26,669 nt of DNA, from the NCBI GenBank assembly GCA_051745145.1, contig JBNJDT010000018.1, positions 1-26,669 of the forward strand. The letters run 5' to 3'. Origin of the DNA: Elusimicrobiota bacterium (GTDB lineage Bacteria > CG03 > SLGR01 > JAGXOG01). Both the position numbers and the translations under genes were made by a program. Below, piece by piece: positions 8,138 to 18,033 of this stretch (position 1 is its first letter; each line of letters starts with the position of its first letter). The notes under the pieces are model-generated. The model searched no databases. It was not told where the DNA came from and saw only the letters and a program-made list of their open reading frames with translations.

Positions 8138-9397
8138 ATGGAAAATTTAGATTATAACATAGAAAAAAAGCCCAAATGTATAGTAGAGTTAGATATCTCA
8201 ATTCCCTGGGAAGAATTGGAAGAAAAACTTGAAAATATGTACAGGGATATAAAAAAGAATGTAAAAATGCCAGGGTTCCGTAAAGGTAAAGTGCCTATGG
8301 ATACTATAAAAAATCAGTATCAACAGCAGGCCAAGGGACAGTTAGTTAGAGAAGTTGTCCCGGAAATACTTGATAATATTTTTAAAAAAGAAGATATAAT
8401 ACCTGTAACTACTCCCCAGATTAAAGATTATAATTTTAAAGAGAATGAGGCTTTGACTCTTGGGGTTAGTGTAGAAACTTCACCGGATGTGAAATTAAAA
8501 AAATATAAAAAATTAAAACTGGTTAAAAAAATTCGTCCGATTGAAGATGAAGAGATTAAAAATACTATACAAAACCTGAGAGACAGGAATGCTTCTCTTA
8601 AAGTAAAAGAAGGTAGCGTTAAAGAGGGAGATTATGTGGTAGTAGAATATAATACATTTATGAATGGTAACTCTATTGATCCTGGAGTTCCGGAGGAGAG
8701 AATAGTAATAGCCGGTAATGATGAAGTGATGCCCGGTTTTGGCAAAGAGCTTAAAGGTTTGGAAAAAGGTGATGAAAAGAAAGTCAGTTATAGATTTCCC
8801 GAAAAATACCGAAAAAAAGAGCTGCAGGGTCGAAAAGCAGATTTTGAAGTTAAAGTTAAAGAAATAAAAGAAAAAAAATTACCTTCAGTTCAAGAGATAG
8901 CAGAAAATCTTGATTTTAAAGATGAATCCGAATTAAAAGAAAATATCAGGGAAAGCCTTGAAAATCAGATTGAACAGTCCGCTCAAAATGAGTTGGAAGA
9001 ACAGATAATAGACGAGATGCTTGATAAACACGACTTTGAAGTTCCCGATGGTATGGTCCAGGAGAGTTTTGAGAAAAATCGAAAGCAGATGGAAAATTAC
9101 ATGAAACGTCAGGGCGGAGACCCGTCAATGATAGAAGATGAAAAAATACAAAAGCAAAGTGAAAGAGAAGTTAAAGCCGGTCTTCTTCTCTCTAAAGTAG
9201 CTGAGGAAGAAGATATAAAAGTGACCCCCGAAGATAGAGAAGAAGAAAAGGATAATTTAAGAAAAATGTACGGGGAGAATGCACCAGATAATTTAGATAA
9301 GTATGTAAATGACAATAAAATTCTAACCGGTAAAGTCTTTGATTTTTTAAAGGATAAAGCTAAAATAAAAGAGAAGAAAGTAAAAAAGAAAAAATAG
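8138..9397 (+). CDS. tig: Trigger factor
   Basis: Ribosome-binding motif PGFRKGKVP, FKBP-like middle domain (GD.V...Y, PGF..L.G, FP..Y....L.G....F.V.V). GAGGAG RBS; synteny with clpP. Confidence 0.95.
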   Translation: MENLDYNIEKKPKCIVELDISIPWEELEEKLENMYRDIKKNVKMPGFRKGKVPMDTIKNQYQQQAKGQLVREVVPEILDNIFKKEDIIPVTTPQIKDYNFKENEALTLGVSVETSPDVKLKKYKKLKLVKKIRPIEDEEIKNTIQNLRDRNASLKVKEGSVKEGDYVVVEYNTFMNGNSIDPGVPEERIVIAGNDEVMPGFGKELKGLEKGDEKKVSYRFPEKYRKKELQGRKADFEVKVKEIKEKKLPSVQEIAENLDFKDESELKENIRESLENQIEQSAQNELEEQIIDEMLDKHDFEVPDGMVQESFEKNRKQMENYMKRQGGDPSMIEDEKIQKQSEREVKAGLLLSKVAEEEDIKVTPEDREEEKDNLRKMYGENAPDNLDKYVNDNKILTGKVFDFLKDKAKIKEKKVKKKK

Positions 9398-9406
9398 GAG
9401 TATAAT

Positions 9407-10039
9407 ATGAATTATAAAAATAAAACGATGAAAGAAGAAATTATGCAGATGGTACCTATGGTGGTGGAAAAAACTCAGCGGGGAGAACGGGCTTTTGATA
9501 TTTTTTCCAGATTACTTAAAGACCGGATAATTTTTGTAGGTACTCCTATGAATGACAGCGTTTCCAATTTAATAATTGCCCAGCTCCTGTTTTTGGAAGC
9601 TGAAAATCCGGATAAAGAAATTGCACTGTATGTTAATACTCCAGGTGGGGTGGTTACTTCCGGTCTGGCAGTTTATGATACTATGCAGTATATAAAACCA
9701 AAAATTTCAACAATTTGTATGGGACAGGCAGCCAGTATGGGGGCTGTTTTATTGGCCGCCGGTGAAAAGGGTAAGAGGTTTGCTTTGCCCAATGCTCGCG
9801 TTATGATGCATCAGCCTCTTGGCGGCGTTCAGGGGCAGGCTACCGACATAGGAATTCAAGCCGAAGAAATTATGCGAGTTAAACAAAGAATTAATGAGAT
9901 ACTGGCCAAGCATACCGGGCAGGATATAGAAAAGATAAAAAAGGATACGGAAAGAGATTTTTTTATGGATGCTGAGTCAGCACAAGAATATGGGGTAGTT
10001 GACGAAGTAATATCTACACGCCGTCAGGCGGAGGAATAA
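9407..10039 (+). CDS. clpP: ATP-dependent Clp protease proteolytic subunit
   Basis: [27 protein letters not shown] (Ser), MMHQP (His) and ERDFFM (Asp). Confidence 0.98.
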   Translation: MNYKNKTMKEEIMQMVPMVVEKTQRGERAFDIFSRLLKDRIIFVGTPMNDSVSNLIIAQLLFLEAENPDKEIALYVNTPGGVVTSGLAVYDTMQYIKPKISTICMGQAASMGAVLLAAGEKGKRFALPNARVMMHQPLGGVQGQATDIGIQAEEIMRVKQRINEILAKHTGQDIEKIKKDTERDFFMDAESAQEYGVVDEVISTRRQAEE

Positions 10040-10043
10040 TAAT

Positions 10044-11327
10044 ATGTCAGATGACGGAGTATATAAATATAATATGAAAAAGTGTACGTTTTGTGGGAAA
10101 AGTGAAAAAGAAGCCCGGAAACTAATTGGTGGTAAAGATACTTATATCTGTGCTGAATGCATAGAGACCTCCCATCATTTAATAAATCAGTCATTGGAAA
10201 AAGAAAAACAGAAATCCAAGAGACCGATCCCCCGACCCCGGGTTATTAAAGAGTTTTTGGATGAGTATGTTGTCGGTCAGGATGAAGCAAAAAAAATGAT
10301 TTCGGTGGCTGTATATAATCATTATAAAAGGGCCAGCGTAAGCGGTAAAGGACCCTTTATTTTACCTTCCGATAATAATGATAGTAGGGAAGTTGAAGTA
10401 GATGAAGAAATAGAATTGGAAAAATCTAATGTGCTGATGATTGGACCTACGGGTACCGGTAAAACATTTATGGCCCGAACTTTAGCACGCATGCTGGATG
10501 TACCATTTGCTATTACTGATGCTACGACCTTAACGGAAGCAGGATATGTGGGAGATGACGTAGAAAATATTCTTCTAAGACTTTTGCAGAATGCATCTTT
10601 TGATAAAGAACTCGCCGAATGGGGAATAATTTATGTAGATGAAATTGATAAGATAGCTCGTAAATCAGAATCCCCCTCAATAACTAGAGATGTAAGCGGT
10701 GAAGGAGTCCAGCAGGCTTTGCTTAAAATTCTTGAGGGTACTGTAGCCAATGTACCTCCTAAAGGTGGCCGCAAGCATCCTAAACAAAAATTTATAAAGT
10801 TTGATACCACTAATGTCTTATTTATTTGCGGAGGAGCTTTCAGCGGGTTGGAGGATATAGTTGCCAGCAGATTAAGTGAAAAGAAGGTTGGATTTGGTGC
10901 GGAACTTGTTAAGTCTAACTCAAAAGATGTAGGCGAAGTAATAAAGCATGTAGAACCGGAAGATATAATAAAATACGGATTGATTCCGGAATTGATGGGA
11001 CGGTTACCCGTGGTAGGTCCTTTTCACGATTTAAGTGAAGAAGATTTAGTGAAAATTCTTACCCAGCCAAAAAATTCACTGGTTAAACAGTATAAAAAAT
11101 TATTTGCTTTAGAAGGGATAAAACTGGAAATTACCGATTCGGCTTTACATAATATTGCATCCCGAGCAAAAGAGAAATCCAGCGGCGCCAGAGGACTAAA
11201 ATCTATTATGGAAAAGATGATGGTTGAAATAATGTATGATATTCCCGATCGCGATGATATAGTAGAATGCATTATTAATAAAGAAGTAATTAATAACCGG
11301 GATGAGCCTATTTTAAAAACAGCTTAA
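10044..11327 (+). CDS. clpX: ATP-dependent Clp protease ATPase subunit ClpX
   Basis: Zinc finger CTFC...[16 protein letters not shown] loop, [22 protein letters not shown] and a VGF (IGF-like) loop. Confidence 0.98.
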   Translation: MSDDGVYKYNMKKCTFCGKSEKEARKLIGGKDTYICAECIETSHHLINQSLEKEKQKSKRPIPRPRVIKEFLDEYVVGQDEAKKMISVAVYNHYKRASVSGKGPFILPSDNNDSREVEVDEEIELEKSNVLMIGPTGTGKTFMARTLARMLDVPFAITDATTLTEAGYVGDDVENILLRLLQNASFDKELAEWGIIYVDEIDKIARKSESPSITRDVSGEGVQQALLKILEGTVANVPPKGGRKHPKQKFIKFDTTNVLFICGGAFSGLEDIVASRLSEKKVGFGAELVKSNSKDVGEVIKHVEPEDIIKYGLIPELMGRLPVVGPFHDLSEEDLVKILTQPKNSLVKQYKKLFALEGIKLEITDSALHNIASRAKEKSSGARGLKSIMEKMMVEIMYDIPDRDDIVECIINKEVINNRDEPILKTA

Positions 11328-13648
11328 TGTCTTCTAAAAAAAACGAGTATAAAAATTTACCTTTATTACCTGTAAGAGATATAGTTGTATTTCCACATTC
11401 CTATGTACAGCTAGCAGTCGGCCGCCGAAAATCTGTTAATGCTCTGGAAAAAGCAGAAAATTCTTCTGGAAAACTCATAATATCGGCACAAAAAGATATA
11501 TATGTAGAAAATCCCGTCAAAGAAGATATATATGATGTGGGCATTATAGTAGAAATAAGGGATAAACTGGAACTTTCCGATGGCACCTATAAAGTACTTA
11601 TAGGTGGAAAAGATCGCGTAATATTAAATAATATAAAAGATAATGGTACTTTTTTAGAGGCGGATATAGTTATTCCTCCAATTTTCTCAGAGGATGAAAA
11701 AGAAAAGGAGCTTCAAACTATAAAATCCGCTGTTCTTGATCTCTTTAAAGATTATGTGAAATTAGAATCCAGTTTGGAACAGACCGCTATAGTACCAATT
11801 TCCCAGATAGAAAATGCCGGAGAATTAGCTGATGTTATTATAAGTAGTTTAGGTTTAGAAAAGAAAAAAGCTCAGCAGCTTTTGGAAGAATTTAATCCAG
11901 TAAAAAGATTAGAAAAACTGGCTGTAATTTTAAAAAAAGAAATTAATGTTCAAAAAATCAAAGAAGATCTGAGGACGCAAATTAATTCTGATAATAGACG
12001 GAGTGATAAAAAAGAAGACGATAATATAATAAAGCAAGTCAAGGCAATGAAAAAAGAATTTATGGGGGATCAAAAAAATAATGAAGGCACCGAGTATGAA
12101 AAAAGAATAAAAAATTCAAATATGTCCGAGCAGGCAAAGAAGGCCGGATTAAAAGAGGCCGAAAGATTAAAGAAAATGATGCCTTATTCGCCTCAGGCGT
12201 CGGTAGTAAGGACCTATCTGGACTGGTTATTAAAGTTACCCTGGGAGAAAACTACTCCTGATGAAAATGATCTTAAAAAATCAGCTGATATTTTAGAGTC
12301 CGAACACTATGGTTTAAAAGATGCAAAAGATATGATTCTTGAACATCTGGCTGTTACTAAATTATCTAATGAACTTAAGACACCTATTCTTTGTTTTGTG
12401 GGCCCGCCGGGAACCGGCAAGACATCTTTTGGAAAAGCGGTAGCCCAAGCTATGGGCCGAAAATTTACTCGAGTGTCTCTTGGAGGTATAAGAGACGAAG
12501 CCGAAATACGGGGGCACCGAAGAACTTATATAGGAGCTTTACCGGGCAGAATAATACAGTCCCTTTCTAAAACTGAAAGTCGGAATCCAGTATTTATACT
12601 TGACGAGGTTGATAAAATGGGGAAAGATTTTCGGGGAGATCCGGCTTCAGCACTTTTAGAAGCTCTCGACCCCGAACAGAATACTCATTTTAGTGACCAT
12701 TATCTGGAAGTGGATTTTGATCTTTCCGATGTGATGTTTATAACCACTGCCAATACAACTTCTACAATTCCTCCTACCTTACTGGATAGAATGGAAGTAA
12801 TAAAATTTCCCGGTTACACTGTAAATGAAAAATTAAATATAGCTAAAAAATTTCTTATACCCAAACAGCAGAAAAAAGCGGGATTGTCTGATTATAGGAT
12901 AAATTTTATCGATAAAGCCATAAAAATTATAATAAATAAATATACCCAGGAGGCGGGAGTGAGAAACGTTGAGCGGGAAATTGGGAAAGTAATGAGAAAA
13001 TTAGCCCGTGAAGTTGCAGAAGGTAAGAGAAAAACTGCTAAACTAACTGAAAATAATATAGAAGATTTTTTAGGGGTGCCTAAATTTACATATCCTCATA
13101 AAAGGAAAAATGATGTAGGGATAGCTACCGGTCTTTCCTGGACTCAAAATGGTGGAGACACAATATCTATAGAAGTTTCTTTGATGCCCGGAGACGGTAA
13201 ACTAAAGTTGACAGGAAAACTGGGGGATGTAATGAAGGAGTCTGCTCAGACAGCGGTGAGTTATGTTCGAGCTAATGCGGACAAATTGGAAGTGCCCTCA
13301 GATTTTTATAAAGATAAAGATATCCATATTCACGTTCCGGCCGGGGCAATACCCAAAGAAGGGCCTTCAGCCGGTATAACTATTAGCACAGCTTTAGTCT
13401 CTGTATTGAGTAAAATACCGGTTAAAAAAGATGTGGCTATGACCGGGGAGATAACTTTGAGCGGAAAGGTTTTGGGTATAGGTGGATTTAAAGAAAAGAT
13501 GTTAGCTGCTCATCGCTCTGGATATAAAAAAGTAATATTCCCCCATGACAATAAAAAGAACATTGCTGAAATCCCCGCAAGAGTAAAAAAAGACTTAGAA
13601 TTACTCCCGGTTAAAAATTTTAATGAGGTTAAAAATATTGTCTTCTAA
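11327..13648 (+). CDS. lon: Lon protease (LonA)
   Basis: [55 protein letters not shown] (Ser), AMTGEITL.G and KEK (Lys). TAATG overlap with clpX. Confidence 0.97.
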   Translation: MSSKKNEYKNLPLLPVRDIVVFPHSYVQLAVGRRKSVNALEKAENSSGKLIISAQKDIYVENPVKEDIYDVGIIVEIRDKLELSDGTYKVLIGGKDRVILNNIKDNGTFLEADIVIPPIFSEDEKEKELQTIKSAVLDLFKDYVKLESSLEQTAIVPISQIENAGELADVIISSLGLEKKKAQQLLEEFNPVKRLEKLAVILKKEINVQKIKEDLRTQINSDNRRSDKKEDDNIIKQVKAMKKEFMGDQKNNEGTEYEKRIKNSNMSEQAKKAGLKEAERLKKMMPYSPQASVVRTYLDWLLKLPWEKTTPDENDLKKSADILESEHYGLKDAKDMILEHLAVTKLSNELKTPILCFVGPPGTGKTSFGKAVAQAMGRKFTRVSLGGIRDEAEIRGHRRTYIGALPGRIIQSLSKTESRNPVFILDEVDKMGKDFRGDPASALLEALDPEQNTHFSDHYLEVDFDLSDVMFITTANTTSTIPPTLLDRMEVIKFPGYTVNEKLNIAKKFLIPKQQKKAGLSDYRINFIDKAIKIIINKYTQEAGVRNVEREIGKVMRKLAREVAEGKRKTAKLTENNIEDFLGVPKFTYPHKRKNDVGIATGLSWTQNGGDTISIEVSLMPGDGKLKLTGKLGDVMKESAQTAVSYVRANADKLEVPSDFYKDKDIHIHVPAGAIPKEGPSAGITISTALVSVLSKIPVKKDVAMTGEITLSGKVLGIGGFKEKMLAAHRSGYKKVIFPHDNKKNIAEIPARVKKDLELLPVKNFNEVKNIVF

Positions 13649-15218
13649 AATTAAAATATTAATTACTGATGCCATCCACCGTTCCGGTACAGATAAATTA
13701 AAAGAAGCCGGTTTTCAAATAAAAGAAGATTATTCGTTAAACGGCAAACAGTTAAAAGAAGAAATTTCCGGTGCCGGCAGCGGAAAAGGTTATGATGGCC
13801 TTATTGTAAGAAGTGGAACTGAAGTTACTGAAGATATTATAAAAGCCGGGGGGGATCTTAAAGTTATAGGGCGCGCCGGTAAGGGAGTGGATAATATTGA
13901 TTTAGAAGCTGCAACCCGCTCTGGTGTATTGGTTATGAATGTTCCTGCCGGTAATACTCTTTCAGCCTGCGAACATACCTGGGCGCTAATATTGAGCCTA
14001 GTTAGAAATGTTCCTTTTGCTCATCAGGCGCTGTCTGATGGCCGATGGGAGAAGAAAAAATATAAAGGAAGTGAACTTTATGGGAAAACCCTGGGCATAA
14101 TAGGATTTGGTAAAATCGGTTTATCGGTCGCCACCCGGGCAAAAAGTTTTAATTTAGATATTGTAGTATATGATCCCTATTTAAGTGAGGAAAAAGCCTC
14201 CCAGTACGGGGTGGAAAAAGTGGATTTTGAAGAATTGTTATCCCGATCTGATATAGTTACAATCCATGTTCCGGGTAATAAAAAAACTGAAGATATGATA
14301 GATTCGGACGCTCTTAATAAAATGAAAAATGACGCTTTTTTTATAAATTGTGCCCGGGGAAGCGTTGTCAATGAACAGGATCTAGCGGAAGCGGTGAAAA
14401 AAGGGGAAATACGTGGTGCTGCTGTAGATGTTTATAAAGAAGAACCCGTTATAGATTCACCTTTAATTTCAACCCCCGGTATAGTTCATACCCCCCATCT
14501 AGGAGCCGCTACTTTAGAAGCTCAGAAAAGAGTTGCAGTTCAAATGGCTACTCAGGTAATTGATTATTTTAAACGGGATAAAATTAAGAATGCTGTCAAT
14601 ACGGTTTCTATGGATATAGAAGAATCCCTTAAAAAACTGGCTCAGAATTTAGGTTCACTTTGCGGGAGTTTGGCGGAAAATTTGACAGATAAGGTGTTAA
14701 TAAGTTATATAAGTAAGCAGGGTCGCGCCGGTGTAGAGGTAATTAAGCAGGCTGCAATGACCGGCTATCTTTCACAATTTAACGAAGGAATAAATTATAT
14801 TAATTCTAAATTTATTGCCAGAGAAAAGGGGGTTGAGATAGTAACGCAGACTTCTAGTAAAAATAGTCCTTTTGATGAAGTAATCATTGAGCTTAATAAC
14901 GGACTAAAAGTCAGTGGAAAAATAATAGGGGATACTCCCCGGTTAACCGGCATAAATAAATTTATAATTGATATCCCCCTTTCCGGCAGGATGTTAATAC
15001 TAGAAAATAAAGACAAACCCGGTGTTATAGGTAAACTGGGAACTTTATTAGGAGAAAAGGGGATAAATATCGGCAACATGGAAGTAGGCCGTAAAGACGG
15101 AGAAGACACTTCCATAACTATAGTTGGTGTAGATCAAAAAATACCTGCTCAAGTTCTTCAAGAAATTAGCAATATTAAAGACATTATAAAAGTAAATAGT
15201 TTTGTGGTGGGCCCGTAG
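13638..15218 (+). CDS. serA: D-3-phosphoglycerate dehydrogenase, long form with C-terminal ACT domain
   Basis: IVRS.T, GRAGKGVDNID, GIIGFGKIG, INCARG, DVY..EP, TPHLGAAT.EAQ and ACT motif NKDKPGVIG...NI. Likely start is the in-frame TTG at 13638 (GAGG 9 nt upstream); the ORF track uses ATG 13623. The stop TAG lies inside the tRNA. Confidence 0.95.
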   Translation: MSSKIKILITDAIHRSGTDKLKEAGFQIKEDYSLNGKQLKEEISGAGSGKGYDGLIVRSGTEVTEDIIKAGGDLKVIGRAGKGVDNIDLEAATRSGVLVMNVPAGNTLSACEHTWALILSLVRNVPFAHQALSDGRWEKKKYKGSELYGKTLGIIGFGKIGLSVATRAKSFNLDIVVYDPYLSEEKASQYGVEKVDFEELLSRSDIVTIHVPGNKKTEDMIDSDALNKMKNDAFFINCARGSVVNEQDLAEAVKKGEIRGAAVDVYKEEPVIDSPLISTPGIVHTPHLGAATLEAQKRVAVQMATQVIDYFKRDKIKNAVNTVSMDIEESLKKLAQNLGSLCGSLAENLTDKVLISYISKQGRAGVEVIKQAAMTGYLSQFNEGINYINSKFIAREKGVEIVTQTSSKNSPFDEVIIELNNGLKVSGKIIGDTPRLTGINKFIIDIPLSGRMLILENKDKPGVIGKLGTLLGEKGINIGNMEVGRKDGEDTSITIVGVDQKIPAQVLQEISNIKDIIKVNSFVVGP

Positions 15219-15284
15219 CTCAGTTGGTAGAGCAACGGCCTTTTAAGCCGTCTGTCGAAGGTTCAACTCCTTCCGGGCTCACCA
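15209..15284 (+). tRNA. tRNA-Lys (anticodon TTT)
   Basis: Acceptor GGGCCCG/CGGGCTC, D arm GCTC/GAGC, anticodon arm ACGGC-CTTTTAA-GCCGT, T arm GAAGG-TTCAACT-CCTTC, encoded CCA. Confidence 0.96.
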
Positions 15285-15304
15285 ATTATTCTTATATTTT
15301 ACAT

Positions 15305-15436
15305 ATTGTCAATATATAATTATGGTGTTACTGTCTAAGGAAATTGACAATAGCTAATTAAGTTGTTAATAGCTATTCATATTGTTAATATGAGTTTAAA
15401 TTTGTATTAGGAGACTATCCTAAGTTGACTTGTCAA
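15305..15436. promoter_or_regulatory. Promoter region with several inverted repeats upstream of the DUF2061-like gene
   Basis: TTGACA at 15344-15349. Inverted repeats ATTGTCAAT/ATTGACAAT, AATAGCTATT, TCATATT-GTT-AATATGA, TTAGGA-GACTA-TCCTAA and TTGAC-TT-GTCAA. Confidence 0.4.
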
Positions 15437-15491
15437 ATCACGTTAAAAGTTAACAAATCCTGTCCTTAACATAGAAAATTTGGAGGCTAAT

Positions 15492-15785
15492 ATGGAAACA
15501 AAGAAAAGGTCAATTGCAAAAGCAGTAACCTGGCGGATAATGGCTATATTTACCCTGGGAATAACCAGTTATATAGTTACGGGTAATTTGAAAGATGTGG
15601 GGATTTTGACCTTATTTTATACAGTTATACAGTCGATTATGTATTTTGTGCATGAACGCATGTGGCAAAAGATAAAATGGGCAAAGATAGAGCATCCTCT
15701 GGCTAAGATAAAAATACCGGAAAAGTTCAGCCAGGATGATATACGAAAGATAGAAGATAAATTAAGAGAAATGGGATACCTTTAA
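15492..15785 (+). CDS. Small membrane protein, DUF2061-like
   Basis: ET..RSIAKAVTWR, two hydrophobic helices, YFVHERMW..I.W. GGAGG RBS before ATG 15492. Confidence 0.8.
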   Translation: METKKRSIAKAVTWRIMAIFTLGITSYIVTGNLKDVGILTLFYTVIQSIMYFVHERMWQKIKWAKIEHPLAKIKIPEKFSQDDIRKIEDKLREMGYL

Positions 15786-15836
15786 TAAGTCTAATAAATT
15801 TGACATAGTGTAAATAAATTAGTAAAAAATATAATT

Positions 15837-16049
15837 ATGAAAGAAGATATTCATCCAAAAGTATATAAAGCAAAAGTTAGTTGTGCGTGCGGAGCTGAGT
15901 TTGAAACTATCTCTACTAAAAAACAGATAAAAGTAGAGTTGTGCTCCCAATGCCATCCGTTTTATACCGGGGAACAGAGACTTGTTGACTCCGCCGGTCG
16001 GGTGGAAAAATTTAACCGCCGCTACGGTAAAAACGACAACTCTAAATAG
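15837..16049 (+). CDS. rpmE: 50S ribosomal protein L31, zinc-binding type
   Basis: [30 protein letters not shown]. Confidence 0.97.
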   Translation: MKEDIHPKVYKAKVSCACGAEFETISTKKQIKVELCSQCHPFYTGEQRLVDSAGRVEKFNRRYGKNDNSK

Positions 16050-16060
16050 CTACTCTAAAC

Positions 16061-16103
16061 TATTCCAAAATCCTCAGCTTTATCTGGGGTTTGGGTATTT
16101 TTT
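16061..16103 (+). terminator. Intrinsic terminator-like hairpin between rpmE and prfA
   Basis: TCCAAA..CCTCAG-(loop)-CTGGGG-TTTGGG followed by a T6 tract that ends 3 nt before the prfA ATG. Confidence 0.65.
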
Positions 16104-16106
16104 ATT

Positions 16107-17174
16107 ATGAGCAAATTTGATAAATTTGAAGATTATGTTAAAGAATTTAAGAAGCTGGAGAAAGAACTTACCCGCCCGGAAGTAATAAATAACAGAAAAA
16201 AATTCAAAGAATATTCCAAAAGACACGGTGAACTGCGCAAACCCGTAGAAAAATATAACAGATATAAGAAACTAAAAGACGAGTATGCCCAGGCGGAAAG
16301 TTTATACCAGTCCGAAAAGGGGGAGATGAAAGAGCTTGCCGCCCGGGAAAAAGAAAAACTAGCTGATAAGATAGAGAACTTTGAAGAAGATTTAAAAGAG
16401 TATCTTCTGCCACAGGACCCGGATGGAGATAAAGATGTTATTATAGAACTCAGGGCGGGCACCGGCGGAGATGAAGCAGCTCTATTTTGCGCTAAACTTT
16501 TTAGAATGTATCAAAAATTTTTTGATACCCGGGGGTGGAAAACGGAAATTTACGATTTAAATAAGACCGGATTGGGAGGGTATAAAGAGATTGTCTGCTC
16601 TATATCCGGCGGTAAAGTTTACGGCAATCTTAAATGGGAAAGCGGAGTTCACCGGGTTCAAAGAATTCCCGAGACGGAGACCGGGGGACGGATACATACC
16701 TCAGCCTGCAGCGTGGCGGTTCTTCCCAAAGCCGATCCGGTGGAAGTGGATATTAAAAAGGAAGATCTCAGGATAGATACTTACCGGGCTTCGGGTAAAG
16801 GGGGACAGCATGTGAATGTTACCGATTCGGCGGTAAGAATTACCCATGAACCCACCGGTATTGTGGCTCAGTGTCAGGATGAAAGGTCTCAGAAGCGAAA
16901 CCGGGATAAGGCCATGGATATACTAAGCGCCCGGGTTAAAGAGAAAAAGCTTAAAGATCAGCAAAAAAAGAAAGCCAACCGCCGCCGGGAACAGATCGGT
17001 TCCGGGGACCGGAGTGAAAAGATCAGGACTTATAACTTTACTCAAAACAGAATTACCGATCACCGGGTCAATTTGACCCTGTACAATCTAGAGGCAATAA
17101 TGGACGGCGAATTTGAAAAGTTTTTTAGAAAGTTTAAAAAAAAGGTGAGGGAAAAGCAGCTTGAGAACCTGTAA
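16107..17174 (+). CDS. prfA: Peptide chain release factor 1
   Basis: ELRAGTGGDEAALF, ESGVHRVQRIPETE (PxT = RF1), GGQHVN, QDERSQ and GSGDRSEKIRTYNF. Confidence 0.97.
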   Translation: MSKFDKFEDYVKEFKKLEKELTRPEVINNRKKFKEYSKRHGELRKPVEKYNRYKKLKDEYAQAESLYQSEKGEMKELAAREKEKLADKIENFEEDLKEYLLPQDPDGDKDVIIELRAGTGGDEAALFCAKLFRMYQKFFDTRGWKTEIYDLNKTGLGGYKEIVCSISGGKVYGNLKWESGVHRVQRIPETETGGRIHTSACSVAVLPKADPVEVDIKKEDLRIDTYRASGKGGQHVNVTDSAVRITHEPTGIVAQCQDERSQKRNRDKAMDILSARVKEKKLKDQQKKKANRRREQIGSGDRSEKIRTYNFTQNRITDHRVNLTLYNLEAIMDGEFEKFFRKFKKKVREKQLENL

Positions 17175-18033
17175 AATAAAAGATACGCTGGATTGGGGCA
17201 GTGAAAAACTGTCCCAAAACAATATAGATTCACCCCTGGTCAATGCCCAGCTGCTCCTGGCTTATTTAATGGATACCACTCCAAATAACCTATATGTTAA
17301 AACCGGCACTTCTCTGGAACATAAAACTGTCGAAAAATTTAAAAAGTTAATTAAAAAGCGGAGCTGTAATTATCCTGTCGCTTATTTAACGGGGCAGTCT
17401 AATTTTATGGGTCTGGATTTTAAAGTAACTACCGATACCTTAATACCCCGTCCCGAGACTGAAATTATGACTGAAAAAGTTATAGAGAAAAGTTGTGAAG
17501 ACGGGGTTAAAAGAGTGCTGGATATAGGAACCGGCTGTGGCAATATAGGGATAACTGTGGCTAAAAAGGCTCAAGTCGATGTAGTGGGAACAGATATAAG
17601 TTCTGAAGCTTTAAAAATAGCAGAGGAGAATGCAAGGCGACACCGTGTATCAGACAGAGTAGCTTTTATAAAAAGCGATATGTTTAAAAATTTAGAAGAT
17701 TTTAGGCCCCGGAAATTTGACGTTATTGTATCGAATCCGCCTTATATTAAAGAGCAGGAATTTGAGGCTGTTTCAAAAGAGGTAAAAAGAGAGCCTGAAA
17801 TTTCTCTTAAAGGGGGCAGGGAGGGACTGACTTATATAGCTAAAATAATAAACCGGGGTCCGGATTATGTCACCGAAGGCGGTTTTATTTTTATAGAGAT
17901 AGGGTTCAGTCAGGAAAATCAAGTTAAAAAATTATTGAATTCAAATAATAGAATAAAAAAACACAGTATTATAAAAGACTATAACGGGATTCCCCGTATT
18001 GTAAAAGCCGGAGTTTCTGATGGAAAAGAATAA
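17161..18033 (+). CDS. prmC: Release factor glutamine methyltransferase
   Basis: LIPRPETE, LDIGTGCG and SNPPY; directly follows prfA. Confidence 0.95.
   Translation: MRTCKIKDTLDWGSEKLSQNNIDSPLVNAQLLLAYLMDTTPNNLYVKTGTSLEHKTVEKFKKLIKKRSCNYPVAYLTGQSNFMGLDFKVTTDTLIPRPETEIMTEKVIEKSCEDGVKRVLDIGTGCGNIGITVAKKAQVDVVGTDISSEALKIAEENARRHRVSDRVAFIKSDMFKNLEDFRPRKFDVIVSNPPYIKEQEFEAVSKEVKREPEISLKGGREGLTYIAKIINRGPDYVTEGGFIFIEIGFSQENQVKKLLNSNNRIKKHSIIKDYNGIPRIVKAGVSDGKE

Noticed and set aside
7739..15284. Genomic island bounded by the two tRNA-Lys genes
   Set aside because: Both are complete, different isoacceptors. The enclosed genes are core housekeeping genes and no integrase is present.
16107..17174. RF2 identity or programmed frameshift
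   Set aside because: The PET (PxT) motif marks RF1, the frame is continuous, and there is no CTT-TGA shift site.
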